Assembly (NCBI GenBank): GCA_977020255.1 | Contig: CDROCS010000148.1 | Location: 186,001 to 250,000, forward strand | From: Obrimoposthia wandeli | Lineage: Eukaryota | Direction of reading: 5' to 3' | Length of the DNA: 64,000 nucleotides | Shown: positions 12,026 to 25,060 of the stretch, in pieces | Position numbering within the stretch: the first letter of the stretch is position 1 | How the letters are laid out: the number at the start of each line of letters is the position of its first letter | Translations under genes and position numbers: made by a program | The notes under the pieces: model-generated | Told to the model about the DNA's origin: nothing | The model's input: the letters and a program-made list of their open reading frames with translations, nothing else | The model's database searches: none

Positions 12026-12830
12026 TTAATAACGCTAATTCGTCTGTGTTTGGAGTTGTTTCTGCATTTTCTATAGTGTGGATAGAGTTTCTTGGGGTAT
12101 ATTGTTGATCTTGAGTATTGAATTGTACTGTATTTTGAACTTGGGGTTGCTGTTTTATTGTTGGGTTTCCAAATTGATTCATCATTGTGTTTAATTTTCC
12201 AGTCATCGGTGTTAGTATTTTTCATATTACAAATCTTACAAAATTTTGTATCGTTATTAAAATATATATTTTGATTATTGTAATAATTGTTTGGTTTATT
12301 GAAGTTATTATTCCTTGGTAGTGTATTATTACTTTGTCTATTTATTAATTTTCTACAAGTTTCAATTGTGTGATTGTCTTTTTTGCAAAATCTGCAAAAT
12401 TTTATGTTACTTATTTTTCGACAATTTTCTATTGTGTGATTTTGGAGTCCACAATTTGTGCATTTTTGAAAAGATCTTTGTGTAAATTGTGAGTTTGTAA
12501 AATTTCTATTTGACTGATTTCTATAAAAATTATTTATTGGTGGTCTAAATTGTTGATGATTTTGAAAATTATATTTAGTATCTGGGTTAAAATTCTGAGT
12601 TTGGTTGTAGTTTGGTGGTGTTTGTGGTCGTTCTATTTTTTCAAAAGATAATGCTGAAACCTCGGTTTGCTGTAACATATTTAGTCTTGATTCTACTAAT
12701 TGAGATTTTCCTATAGCCTGTTGAAAGTTTTCTACTTCTAGTAATGCAGGGTGATCTCTAATTTTGCTATATAATCCATGTAAAACTTGATGTAAAAGTA
12801 ATCGTTCTCTTTGTGCTTCTTCTATTTCGG
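11970..12830 (-). pseudogene. Gag C-terminal/nucleocapsid region with CX2CX4HX4C zinc knuckles
   Basis: CTNCGLQNHTIENC and CRFCKKDNHTIETC are perfect knuckles; CKICNMKN.. is a third, broken one. The frame is open upstream to ~12830 (PEIEEAQRERLLLHQVLHGL); an indel near 12200 shifts into the 11970-12206 frame. Confidence 0.88.
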
Positions 12831-13470
12831 GAAAGATTTTAGAGCAAGTTGTCGTAATTCGACTGCGAATATATTTGTGGGTTCTCCTACATGTTGTTCT
12901 CGTTGTCTAAATTGATTTAAGTAGTTCTGGTCGGACTGTGCTCCTAAAATCATATTTTGAAAATGTTGAACTAAATGATCCCATGTATCTTTTTGCAGAT
13001 TTGTTAGTCCTCTATAAATGGTTAAGGCAGTGCCTTTTAGGTATGCTGGAAAAACTCTAAGTTTTTCTGGGTCTGTCCATTCGAATGCTTGAGCAAAAGA
13101 ATCATATATATTCAAGAATTTTGGAAAATATGATTTATCATCATTAAATGCGTCTAGTGGTATGTTTAATCTATAATTTTCCATTTGAGGTACTTCGTTT
13201 ATTTGTTCGTTATTTATTTCTATGTTAAGTGGTACTGGTTCTGCCACTGTTTCTGATGTTTCTGATGTCTGAGTCAGATGTTTGTGGTAAGGATAAACTT
13301 TCTGTATCCGAATTTGATGTTAGATTTTGATTTTCAGAGTCGGTTGAAATTAAGAGATCCGTGTGTTGATGAACTAACGGAGTTTCAGGGGAAAATTCGT
13401 TATTGGTTCTAAAATTTATCTGGGATTTAGGTCTCTGTGGTAGTGTTTCACTTGTGTTAGTTCTTATCAA
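12822..13470 (-). pseudogene. Gag N-terminal/capsid (Retrotrans_gag-like) region
   Basis: F..F...FEW...KLRVFPAYLKGTALTIY...TW..L...F and Q...E....FAVELRQLA. The N-terminal part (13225-13470) is in another frame, joined by a 1-nt indel near 13265. Confidence 0.85.
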
Positions 13471-13482
13471 TCTAGTTTGAAT

Positions 13483-13494
13483 GCGCCTCCAGTG
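13483..13494 (-). promoter_or_regulatory. Putative primer-binding site / 5' LTR boundary
   Basis: Minus strand reads ...cttCA C TGGAGGCGC immediately upstream of the gag ORF; the plus strand starts TGAAGA at 13493. The cognate tRNA was not identified. Confidence 0.5.
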
Positions 13495-14449
13495 AAGATT
13501 AGAACTAAGTTTAGATTTTGAAATCTTTGTGTATTGTTCACTATTATCCAGCGTACTGGGTCGAAAATTAATTTACGTGTTTATGTATTGTTGTCTAGTT
13601 TTATTGAAAAACGATTAAATAAAATGTAGATTTAAATAAATTGATTTTTAAAAATAGTCAGGAATTATCTCTACTCTGTGATCAAAATACAGCTCGGTCT
13701 TATGATAATCGATTACCGTGATTTGAGCTGTAAGTCCAAGCAAAGTAATAGAAAAGATTTCTAACTTATTTATATATTTTTAAGCTAAATTTGTTTGTCG
13801 GTATTTTTATTTTAAAAACTGATATTGAAAATTTGTTAATTTAAATTATGTTAAGATAAACTATTTAATATATTTTCAATCAATTACAGGATAATTTTGA
13901 ATCAAAAATCACCAAATTAACTATTGTCTCCAAAACTATGAAAATTAGTCAATTTTGTAACCCTAGTGTATTTGATTTCTAATTTGAATTAGTAAAAATA
14001 TTAAAATAAATTGGTGAAAATCCGAAATCTGTATTACTCTACTTAATAACACGTCTGCAAAATTTCTAATTTCTAATTTTTATTTTTTACAGAAAAATGA
14101 ATTTAAATATGAATTATGTATTTTCACTACTATTATTTTTATTTTATAAATGTATTTTTATTTGCTCCAAACTTCTACTTTAATAGATAAATACAATGTA
14201 CTTGTCCTCAAAAATAACAATGAAAACCCAAACAAAATATCTGGTATGTACCACAACGAATTTTTATTTTGTATCTCTACCACAATTAATAAATTATTCC
14301 AAAAATATAGTATTATTTTATCCAAAATATATCAAAACGTATTTTATAATACTAAAACCTAATAGGAACTTATTCAAAATGTAGCACTTAAAATATTACT
14401 ACAGGTACTGAAAACACAACATAGATAGTAGGAGTATATAAATATTAAT

Positions 14450-14640
14450 GCTTATATGCCTAAGTCGTCAGACCTCAATATTGTAGAACACGTCAGGGTA
14501 ATATTTTCAATTAGAATTTGCATGAATAAGTTAATGGAAAATAACATAAAATATATATAGAAAAGTTTCTATAAAGTTTTTTGAAGGTAGTTGAAAAAAA
14601 TGGATAATTTTTGATTAAATAAAAGTTTGACTTTAGTGTT
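14450..14640 (+). mobile_element. Short Tc1-like transposase 3' fragment
   Basis: cctaagtcgtcagacctcaatattgtagaacac = PKSSDLNIVEH, similar to the Tc1 SPDLNPIE motif. Confidence 0.4.
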
Positions 14641-16329
14641 TGTTTATTTTGTTTTAATAAATGTATTTAACGAACTTAATATTTATTTTTAAATATTATC
14701 TTAATAAAAATATTTTTCAGTAAACATTAACAAATATTTCAATTTCAAGTCATTACAGTATAAATTTGTAAAGTTTCATATATGAATGTGGGTAGTGAAA
14801 TCTTTTTGGGATGCAGTATGTGATGAATTTTCCAATTTCATGTGTTGGTAGTTTATTTGAAGAAATACAGACACACATTCTTTAAAGAGCCACTTCAGGA
14901 TAACGAAACTGTAGCTACCTAGTCAGATTGTACAATTTGAGAAAACTCGCAATGAGAAAACAAATACAGCAAGATGAGGGGAGGATAATGAGGCTCAGTC
15001 CAAGTGACACATCCAGAGTAGCAGTTCTTGAAGTCTTTCACAAAAACAAGCAATTATCTGGGGAAACCCGCTGTATAGGTATTGGCCCAAGGAATGTGAT
15101 CTCAGTATCGCCACTGTTTCTAATATAACCATAATTTCAACGTAGATTACACAGTGCACATGAAAAGTTTACATCTAAAGTTTTGTATCGTCACTTCTAT
15201 ATTTAATACAATTAATACTATAATTTGCTTAATTTCTATATTAGAGATATATCTATCTGAAGCGATTATTATCGAAAATAATATTACAAATGCAGATTAC
15301 GAAATGCCAATCTCTAGAGAACCTTTAGTAAAAAGTTGGGGTCAGTAAATTAGAAAAATATTTGAATCTTTATAAGCGGCAAGCTGAAATATTTTTCTGA
15401 CGTTTGCAACAATGGAATCTATTAGAAACCAATAAAGGCTTTTCATGTTTTCGTAATAGTTCTTACCTAATAATTTATTGTCATTACTAAATAAAGTGTG
15501 ATTCATAATTATATGAGTGTGTTCAATATATATGAAATAAATATTATTTTGTTACTGTATTTTTATGTCGAAGATAGTTAACTAATTAGAATTTTCAGTG
15601 ACCTTTTCTTCGACCTGAAAGCAAAATTCTGATATACTATTTAATTGAAATTCATATTAATTTTGCTTTCCATATCAATTTATGCTTTCATTTCGATATG
15701 CTTTCCATATCAGCGTGTACATTTGTTTATATATTCTGTTATTTCCAGTTATAAACATCATTGTTTTGTATGTTATTTTGCATGGTGGATTCCGAATATG
15801 ATATCAGTACGTCTGTTATGTTTTACTAATGTGACATATATGTGATATAAAAGTCGGCGATTGTTGATAATTTTTTTTTAGTTTCAAACGATCTAGGTAT
15901 ACAGTTGGGCCAGAAATATTGTTTTTTGGTTTTAATGGAAAACTTTAGGTTAGGTCATATTCAGTTGAAATTTGATCGGTATATGCATTCAGGTACCACC
16001 TTGTGCTATCTCAGATTTGTAATACAATCATATTCAATCATTGGTCTTGCGGAGTTGTTGTTTGTAATTTGGTTTTCGTGTCATATCTACAGAATAATGA
16101 AAATTCCGAATCTTTACAACAATTAACCGATGAATGTAAGAAACTCTAACAATCTTAAAACATTCAGGAAGCGGCGGAAGAATTTGCTATACAAGAAATA
16201 TTACGAAGATTAATAGAAAACAGAAAGCGCTTTTGAGTAAGAAATCGTTAGATCGAGGAACAAGGAGGGCGAGGACTTAAAAACGCCAAACAATCATTTT
16301 ACTCAGTTTTTTTTATCATATTCCAAATT

Positions 16330-16910
16330 TTCAATATGATGTCTAAACTTGTCGATGAGAGTCCAAAGTCTTGGAAAATACTTGCAATCCCTTCATTCAG
16401 AAATTCGAGACACACGTTTTTCCATTCCTCGTCGATAGTTTACTTTAGATCATCCAATGCTTCCAAAGTGTACTCTAAAATCTTGAGAAGCTACTAAAAT
16501 CCAAATAACGACTACAATGCTTATCAACTGTCGTTAAAATTCTAATTTTACAATCCGCTCAATATGATGAGGTGCGCGTCTTGTTATAAAATAACTTACC
16601 CCATACAGCGTTTGAGACGAAGAAACCGCATAATATGAATGATATAAATGTCTAGATATTCTCTTCCGTTGAGACCGTCGGCGAGAAAAATATCTGATAC
16701 ACAGATTTTGAAGTGAACCTGCATCAAAAAAGAATTTACTTAGTGTCCAGCGGTTTCTCACCCCAAATACTTCCTCGTATCGATGATGCATCACTATTAT
16801 GTGGATCTTTTTGAAATTAAGTTCTGTTAGTAGTAACTGGTGCACTCTTCGAGGTTTATAAATAGTATTTACAAGGGATAGGTTATAAGCGACATCCGAC
16901 ACTTAAAATT
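16330..16910 (-). mobile_element. Tc3/rosa-type (DUF4817-associated) Tc1/mariner transposase relic
   Basis: Minus strand reads GLNGREYLDI...QD(G)APHH and LDDLK*TIDEEW; heavily decayed. Confidence 0.6.
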
Positions 16911-19900
16911 TTGGACTTTGAAGTCGCAAAAGTATCGGTTCAAGTGTGAAGATTATTCACAAGTAAATTTCAAAACTGTTAATTTATTTTATATTTAAGT
17001 ATTAATATAATTTAGGAATATGCAGAATAATGGGTTGTAAAAGGTATTAAAAACTATAGTACAAAAACTATTAAGTTATGAATATATTATTGAATGTATA
17101 AAAAATTTAAACTTGTTAAAACCCTGTAAACTGTGTCTGCTGTATCCAAATTCTTTACTTATCTTTTGTACACTTGGAAAGCCATAAGGAGGTCGAGCCA
17201 TCAATGATTCAGCGGCACCGACAACTAGTGCTCCCTCTCCAAATACGCTTATTTTTCACCTCACACTTTTGTTTGATAGTAAAACCTCTTCATTATAATT
17301 CTCTGTTGTTCTCCAAGCTTTTTTCCCCTTGAAAATGTGATTCTCTAGGCTCTTCTCGGAGCAGTCTGAATTGCTGAACGGTCACATGAAAAAGGGGATT
17401 CGTATTATGTTTTGTTCAATGTCGGAATTTTTCAGATATATTCAGACTAACAAAGATCACATGCGAATAATATATATTAATGATGCTAGCGACTGATTTT
17501 GTTCATGCTTTATTTGCATAAAGATTAAGAACATTATTTAAAATTTAGAATCCTAATTTCTTTGAGACACATTGTACGAAGAAAATTTACTTTACGTGCT
17601 TTAAAAAAGGCAAAAAATGACATTAACATACTAAATTTTTAACAACAAAAAATAGAAATGTTTTATCAAGTATATTCAAATGGGTCTGGAGAAGTCAAAA
17701 AAATAATAGTATGTTTTACCAACCGGCGAACTCTTTTACATATATCACTCGTGTAGAACTAGATTAAGTTTGAAATCCAGTTTAATACTTAAAATTTACA
17801 TAATATCAAATTTCTTTAAAAATTATAAATTACAATTATTTAATAAAATTCTCTAAATAACACAAAATATATTTTAAAATTTAAATATTTGCCGTATTGT
17901 TATTCTAATAAAACTGCGTAATAAATAATAAATTTTCTTACTTTAACGAAATAGTGTACATAAATTATGTATGTAATTAAAAATAAATTTATCTTGTCAG
18001 GATTTTGAGATATCGATATGTTCAGAGAACACAGTTTTAATACAGAAAACAGCGATTTGACGTGTATAGGAAACAGTATATTCAGTTATAACAATTAATT
18101 ATTAAATACGACCAGTTATGAAAATGTAAAATACTTTTATTGGTTTATAATAGAGTTCATTTTTGCAAACGTGAGCCAAGAATCTCAGCTGTCTATTAAG
18201 AACGATTCAATTTGTTAAAAGTCCTTTAACTGACGCTGACTTATTAATAAAAGTTCTCTAGACATCTGCATTCGTAATATTTTTTTCCATAATAATCTTT
18301 TTAGTATCTATCTCTGTCAATTACAGTTATGATTTAATTAAATGAGGGTATAATTGTTTTAAAAATTATTTTAATAACCATAAAATAATGATACATTTCT
18401 TGAACGTGATATTGCATGTTGGTGATGAACAGTGTAGTGTTGAAATTCCATGATTTTAAAGGAAATTGAATAAATTATAATAAATAAATTAATAAAACAT
18501 TAAAATCGTAAATTTACCTGAATAAGTACATCAACCTTGAGTTTAATTAAATAAATTATAAATTTGTGAATGAGTCACGAGTGAGATTACCCAGTAATAT
18601 TTTCCTTTAACTAAGGGCATCCTTGACGTTTTTGTAAAGTCCATTTGCATTTTCTGAGTTAAGGATCAATTAAAGAACAAAAATATTGACAAACTTTATA
18701 AAACAAAAACAAATCATTTGTTTTTACATATTTTAAATTGCAACAAAATAAAAATATTAAAATAAAAATTATGAAATCTAGTTAAACGTTCAATTTCAGA
18801 AAATGAAAAAAACTCAAAATTTAAGTATTATAATATTCAAAAAAAATTGAAAAAAATTATTATTTTTAATAAAAAATTATATTAGCCAATTTCAAAGAAA
18901 AAACATCGAAACATGTAAAATCAGGTAACGAAGAAATTGAATGTCTAAATGGATATTATGTTGAAAACAAATCTAATACAGAGGTGAATTGAATTGATAC
19001 AGAATGAATTCTGATCGTATAGTAAATAAATCTGTTAATGTAATTTGTATTTTTTGTATAAACATTTATGATATATAATTCATGTTTTGAGATATTTTTA
19101 TAGATTTTAATACTATTTTGTCATTTATTACTACGATGTTGTAAATTTTGATTATCTTTCTATAAAAATATTTTAAAAAACTAATTACAAATTTTTTATT
19201 TTTAATTATGAAAAATATCATTATAACGATTTTCATTAAAAAGCTTCATTGTTTCTTTAACATTTTTTTTAAAATATGTATTTTTAAAGTCATTTACTTA
19301 GATAATACCAATGGTGAACATTTATTAAATATTCCCTAAAATTTCTTTAGTTAAGGAAAGTTTAGGAAATGCGGTTAGGAAAACGTTAAGGTGAGATAAG
19401 ATAAGATAAGTTCATAGTAGAACGAAATAAAAAAGTTTTTAATAGTGAAAACTTAGAAATTCTGGAATCCTATTTAAATTGAAGTACACAGATTTCATTT
19501 ATCGAAAATTAAATCAGGGTATCGTTTTGAAACATTGTTGAGAATCATGACAAACACAAAATCCTCTTCAAATCCTCTCGACTTGACAAACAATCCTATC
19601 CCGTTAAGAACTCACGAGTCAGAGACCAGATCAGTAATGAAATAACTCTGAACTCAAAATAGAACAAATGGCATGAACTAGTCGAATATTGAAAATTTTC
19701 AAATTAGTAAAAATATCATAGCTGTAAAAAATTTCGAATTATGTGATATACAATTAGAATATTTCGTTTCAGTAAAACTTCATAATCTGTTCTAATTTGA
19801 AGAATGTATAGATAATATTTATCGAATTATCGATATATTTACAATAACAACGTAAATAACAATAATATATTTAATATAGCGCTAATATCTGTTTAATCTA

Positions 19901-19929
19901 TGATTTATTTCTCAAACTCGCTTTCAGTT

Positions 19930-20300
19930 TTCCATTATTCTTCGTATTATTTTCTGATAAATAAGGTTTTCTGCTGCTTCTTGAATTTTTTAGCATTATT
20001 ACTGTCTTTTATTCATTGGTAAATTGTTGTTAAGATTCAAAGCTTAAATTTCAAATATTTCATCAATATGTTTGTTATTTGAGAATTTCTTAACCAATCA
20101 TCGTGGATTCTAAGATGCATACACATGCTCACTACACCAGGCTCAAGAAGGTCATATAAATATTTGGGAATTGTGAGATAAACATTTTTGATAATAAGCA
20201 GGTTCTTGCATTAAATTCTGGTATTGATCAGCAGTCAATGAAGCTTCATTAAATATTCACTTTTCTTTAATTTAAATATAATTCTGAGATTTTGTTTAAA
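19930..20300 (-). mobile_element. L2/CR1-clade LINE 3' fragment (copy 3)
   Basis: Reverse complement shares attatatttaaattaaagaaaagtg, cccaaatatttatatgaccttcttgagcctggtg (PKYLYDLLEPG) and aaaattcaagaagcag with the other copies. Confidence 0.7.
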
Positions 20301-22399
20301 ATTTTTTACAAGCTATTTATTAGTCTTTAAGTAATTATTGCATGTGTTTGCATTATAGTTTTCACAGTAGTAGTTTTTTATTAGATAACTATTTGTTATG
20401 ACTGTGGTATGTTCTTATCACTTTAATAATTAGATAATCCATTGTAATGTTTTCATTTTGTTTTTTGTTTTACTTTTTAAATATATAATATTTTCATCGA
20501 AATGTATGAAACTCTTTCTTTCTGTAACTTGGTTTTTGTTATTTTCATTCATCTTCAATTTTTTCCACCTCAGAAAATGAGATTTCATAGTCATTACAAA
20601 ATCAAAATCAACATAAAGTTGTGTATCATCAGCATAAAGAAGGAAATGATTATTAAATTGAATATAAATTGAAAATAAGATATGACCAAGAGTTATCTAT
20701 ACATGAGTTATCTTAATGCAAAGAAAACTTTTTTAATGATTTGTATAAAAATAGCGATGGGGAAGGTTATATTTTATCGAGTTAGCGGATTTATTAAGTT
20801 AATAATTATTGATTTATTTTTTAGAATTGACTACACATAAATAATGATTGTGTGTCAGAAATTGGACAAATTAAACAAATTCTTCTTTATAGATATGGAA
20901 CTGTAATTATACATATGCTCAACTCAATCTGGAATTCGAAGAGATTCCATTGTCATATCTCAATTGTAACAATTGGGAAATATACTGTCGCTTTTGTTTT
21001 CCGTTTATTTTTAAAATCAATTTCTATGATCAAAATATTTTGAACGGTAATTTAAATGTTTGTGAAACAAATCGTTCATTATATACCATTAGAAACTGTA
21101 AAATTATCTACTCTCTATTCATAGATGGTAATTATTAATATTGTAGAAAATGTCGTAAATTCGTTAGAGATTGGAAAAGGAGAGTAAAATCAAAAATACT
21201 GAAACAAAATTTTTGTATAATTTAAAAATATATAAATTGTGTTGACGACCTTCTTAAGAAGCATTATGGAGAGTTCCTGCGGCATCTAGTTTCGACTACA
21301 ATAAATTGCGTACCATCAAGTTCCAATCTCAGAGGTTCAGTAAAATATTGTTTAAATGCGCAGTAAAATATTTGAATACCAAAGATAGAAAGTTGAATTC
21401 CATCACCTATAGTAAAGTGAAATTAATGACAAACATACATTTATAAAATCTTACAATTCGATATAAATGAATAACATAAATAAAATTAAATTCCATAAAT
21501 ACCTTAACCCATATACACACTAACAAGCAAGAGAAGACTTTTGACGTGCGAAAATTTAATATATAAATCAGAAAATAGAAATGAATTCTATAATTAAACT
21601 GAATATCAACAGGAAAAATAATGGAAAAGCACTTATTTACGTACTATCTGATGTTTCGACAGCTTTTACGGGTCTAGAAAGGTAAACTAAAAAATACTGA
21701 TTCATTTTTATTACAGAATAAATCAATAAATTAGTCTCAAACTACGGTGGACCTTATTTCACTTTTCTAAAGAAATCGAAAGTTTATGTTGAGGGTATTT
21801 TTTGCTGGCAAAAATAAATATTTTAAGACATCTCTAGAGGACAAAGAAAGACTAGCGAGCGTATGAGAAAGAAGATGAGTGGACTGGAGAAAAGTATGGC
21901 CTGAACTGTGGAAAAGGACCTGAAGCAAGAAGACTATCAAAACACAGACGAACACTTCAACTGTGCAAATGAAGACAGTCCGGAATTTGGAAATATTGAG
22001 CTATGTTGACAGTTCTGAGCTGAAGAAAGTATTTAACTTGGCCTTATTTCACGAGGTTACTGGCTAGGACAATCCACTGTAGTCCCGTCAAAAGTTAGTA
22101 ATGCGATTTTCATTGCGGTTCAGGCCGGGGAGTGAACCAATTCCAGAAGAGGGTCTGCAAAGGTTTCAAACAAAGGTCAGTCAGGTATATCCTATCGTGC
22201 TTAAACCTCTTAATCCCTGTAGTTATGTACTGTCTTTTCTGTGTCCTAATCCTTCTCACCGTACTTTCAATACCTTGCTGTAGCGCATTAGCTCTATTAA
22301 GTGTTCTATACTGGGGTGATAAAGAATATTTTGATATTGAACAAGTGATACAATTTTTAGATTTTTGTCCTGCATTTCAATTAATTTTACATAACCAAT

Positions 22400-22990
22400 T
22401 AATTTACAGAAATGTTTTATTTTTCATCTACTTGCCCAATAACTTTTATGTTTTCTTTAGCATTCCACCGAGTTTGATTATACTGAATCAACTCAAAAAC
22501 GGACTTAATTGAGTCATAGGATATTTTACCTGTCTTGAATAAACTACAGGGATGGCAGGAAGTGTGTTATCTGTATGGAGAAGGACTGCTTTAATACGTG
22601 ATCTACTTCCATCGATATAAAACTGCCTTATTGAACATCAGATTATATTTTTGATTTCGTAAATAAACCTGAAATGTTACTGCAATATACAATTTCATGA
22701 CTGATCTTTCTTGAAAATTCAATTTAGTCACGGACTGGTTTCTTGATCGAGTACTCGAAAGTCTTTTAACATGAAACCGGCTATAAATCCATCATGTTTT
22801 GATAAATGTAGAGTATTACAGACTTTTTTAAAGAAATGTGTTATTTGTTTCATACGGTTGTGCTCTGATTACTGGCAGCTGTTTTCTTGTTGTAGTACTG
22901 AGTGTTTGTCAACCAGAAACAACAGTCTCCAACAATGTCTTTCTGCTCACGTCAGACAATTTTTAATGTTTGTTTTCTGTATTTACATTT
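22400..22990 (-). mobile_element. DNA transposase relic, Chapaev3/CMC-like (family name tentative)
   Basis: Minus strand reads IDGSRSRIKAVLLHTDNTLPAIP....SYDSIKSVFELIQY, matching the 'FIDSSKRSLKAVLLHNGN' transposase family. Confidence 0.6.
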
Positions 22991-24541
22991 TCTTATAGCA
23001 CGAGGAGCAAGTGATTCATTTCATCTTGTAATCTGCATCAAATAATTATTGTATAACATCGGTTAACAAATAACAAATTAATTTCTCTCTAATTTTGTTT
23101 GTCTATGATCACTTTATTCAAATATCACAATTTATCTCCAGAAAAACTAAAGTCTTAGGCAATCTTATTTTTATTTATGTCTAATGACAATTATGTCTAA
23201 AAATATGAATGTCTATTGCTTGGGGATCTATAACTGTTACTAGTAGGCAACATTCACTCATTCGTTTTTATAGTGACGTTAAAACGATTTCCCCCATGTT
23301 GTTAATTAATTGTGGATTAAGCAAATTTACATAATCAGCAATTAATTAAAATTTACCATTAAAAGGCCAACATGTAAATTCATTCCAATTGCTGTTTGTT
23401 GTGATGGTAGGTTATAAATAGTTATAAATATATTAGTTTTAATTATTTTGAACAGGTAATAAAAAAAACTTTGTACAAAAATATATTTAATGCGACATAT
23501 TGTCTATTTACATGTAAGAAAGAGACCCAGTATATCCATAACTAAATTAAAAAATGATCTGGATTCCTGCGGAGGGTTTTTATGGATTTGAAAAAATGTA
23601 ATATATTCGGAATCAGCGTAACAAGTTTCATCTATCCCCACTACGCCTCTATAAAATTGTCGAACAGTCATAATATTAATGGTGGGTGTGTAATCTTTGG
23701 CAGCTTACAATATAAGATTAAATATTTGAATTTTAGCCGTGTTATGAATTAAGATTATGATGAATCGCATAAGAAGAATTTACACACTTTCAATGTAATT
23801 GCTAACTTCCAAAAGAAACTATTTTACTCCTACTGTGGGAGGTTAAACAACCACTGAATTGAAAATATATCCTATGCTTATTAAAAAACAGCAAATTAAT
23901 TTTAAAAAATTGGGTAGTTTTTGCAGTTTTTCTTGTTACACCAAGCAGATTAATAGAGGAGCAATGATGGATAACAGAAGCTTCTGATACTATTTATAAA
24001 CATAGTAATTAAGGTAGGTATTTGTATGGGAGTCTAATTAAGAAATTTTAGACACTTTGTATCACTTAGCGTATCTGACTTTTTTCGATTTCAGATTTCA
24101 CAGAAGTAATTAGAAGTCATCTCAAACGTAACTGGACAATGTTTACAGCACTCTAATCGATGTGGGGAACAAATAATCCGTTGTCTTGGTGACTTCATGA
24201 GTTTAATCAGTTGAAATTTTATAAAATATTATGTTGAAAGTTCGATTTTGTTGAGAAATCCACTTACATTTCATACTGATAAGACGGGGATTATTTAGGT
24301 ATTACCCTTGTTTGTCCCAGAATTTAAGGATCGACACACAAGAATTTAGATAAAGGGAAAGATGCAAATTAGGAGCAGATAGGAGAGAAACATCTTTGTT
24401 AAAGCAATTAGGGGAAATGATTTTCTTGACTATTCTGCCAAATTAACCCTACGAGTCTTACTAAACTTTTGGAATACAAAGCGTAAGTTATGAAGTTACC
24501 CGGTTAATACTCGTTAAGGGTTTTCTTAAAAATAATATATA

Positions 24542-25060
24542 CAGGTCCCCCAAAATATACACCCAAAAAGGAAAATTTCATGCTTTATTTATAAAGATTT
24601 CATAATCAAATTTGTATTACATTTACATGACCAATGACAAGGATAATAATTTCCCATCATTTACGAAATTGTTCAAAGGGACCACCATCTTGTTGAAACA
24701 ACAGTCCCATTCGTGAAGCAAGAATCGGAGTGAGATAGTCTTGAAACATGGCTAAATATGCTCCGGGGAAATAAAGATTCAATCACGTGATCTCCACAAA
24801 TAGCTGCCTGCTTTGGTCATTAGTATCCAATATCAAACGAGCATGACTATTGGACTAATGGTGATAATTGTACCGATTCAAGTGACCACTATCATTAAAT
24901 AGGCATCGACACTGAAAATATTTGATTGCGCAAAATTAAAAGAATGTTCTATGAACTATTGCCGAAATCTATCAAAATCGTTTTCGTAAAGATGATGGGT
25001 TATTTTAACTTTATAGGGTCTGGATTTATGAATTTTTAATATTGTATGGTTAAATTACCG
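24542..25060 (-). mobile_element. Tc3/rosa-type transposase relic with one TIR
   Basis: Minus strand reads GHLNRYN, AAICGDHVI and YLAMFQDYLTP...LFQQDGGP. TA+CAGGTCCCCCAAAA terminus at 24540-24555. Confidence 0.65.

Larger units (their letters stand above)
11078..13500 (-). mobile_element. Decayed Ty3/Gypsy-like LTR retrotransposon 5' portion (PBS - gag - exonuclease); RT, RNase H and IN not present
   Basis: LTR-end/PBS-like CA-C-TGG at 13494-13483, a retrotransposon Gag capsid-like ORF, CCHC knuckles and a downstream DEDDh ORF, all collinear on the minus strand. Several frameshifts; no matching 3' LTR found. Confidence 0.8.

Noticed and set aside
12825-12835. Programmed -1 frameshift at T_TTC_CCG in gag
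   Set aside because: It formally fits X_XXY_YYZ, but Y=C is atypical and it lies mid-capsid. A 1-nt deletion from TTT CCC creates the same pattern, and the element has other indels. Sister copies would decide.
22999-23027. Possible micro-exon after a strong acceptor (ttttcttatag|CACGAGGAG)
   Set aside because: Only weak donors follow (AA|gtgatt, TT|gtaatc), and it sits at the edge of a transposon relic; needs RNA-seq.
24445-24524. Tiny piggyBac-like inverted repeat (ttaaccctacgagt...actcgttaagggtt)
   Set aside because: Short, imperfect, with TTAA on one side only; could be chance in AT-rich DNA.
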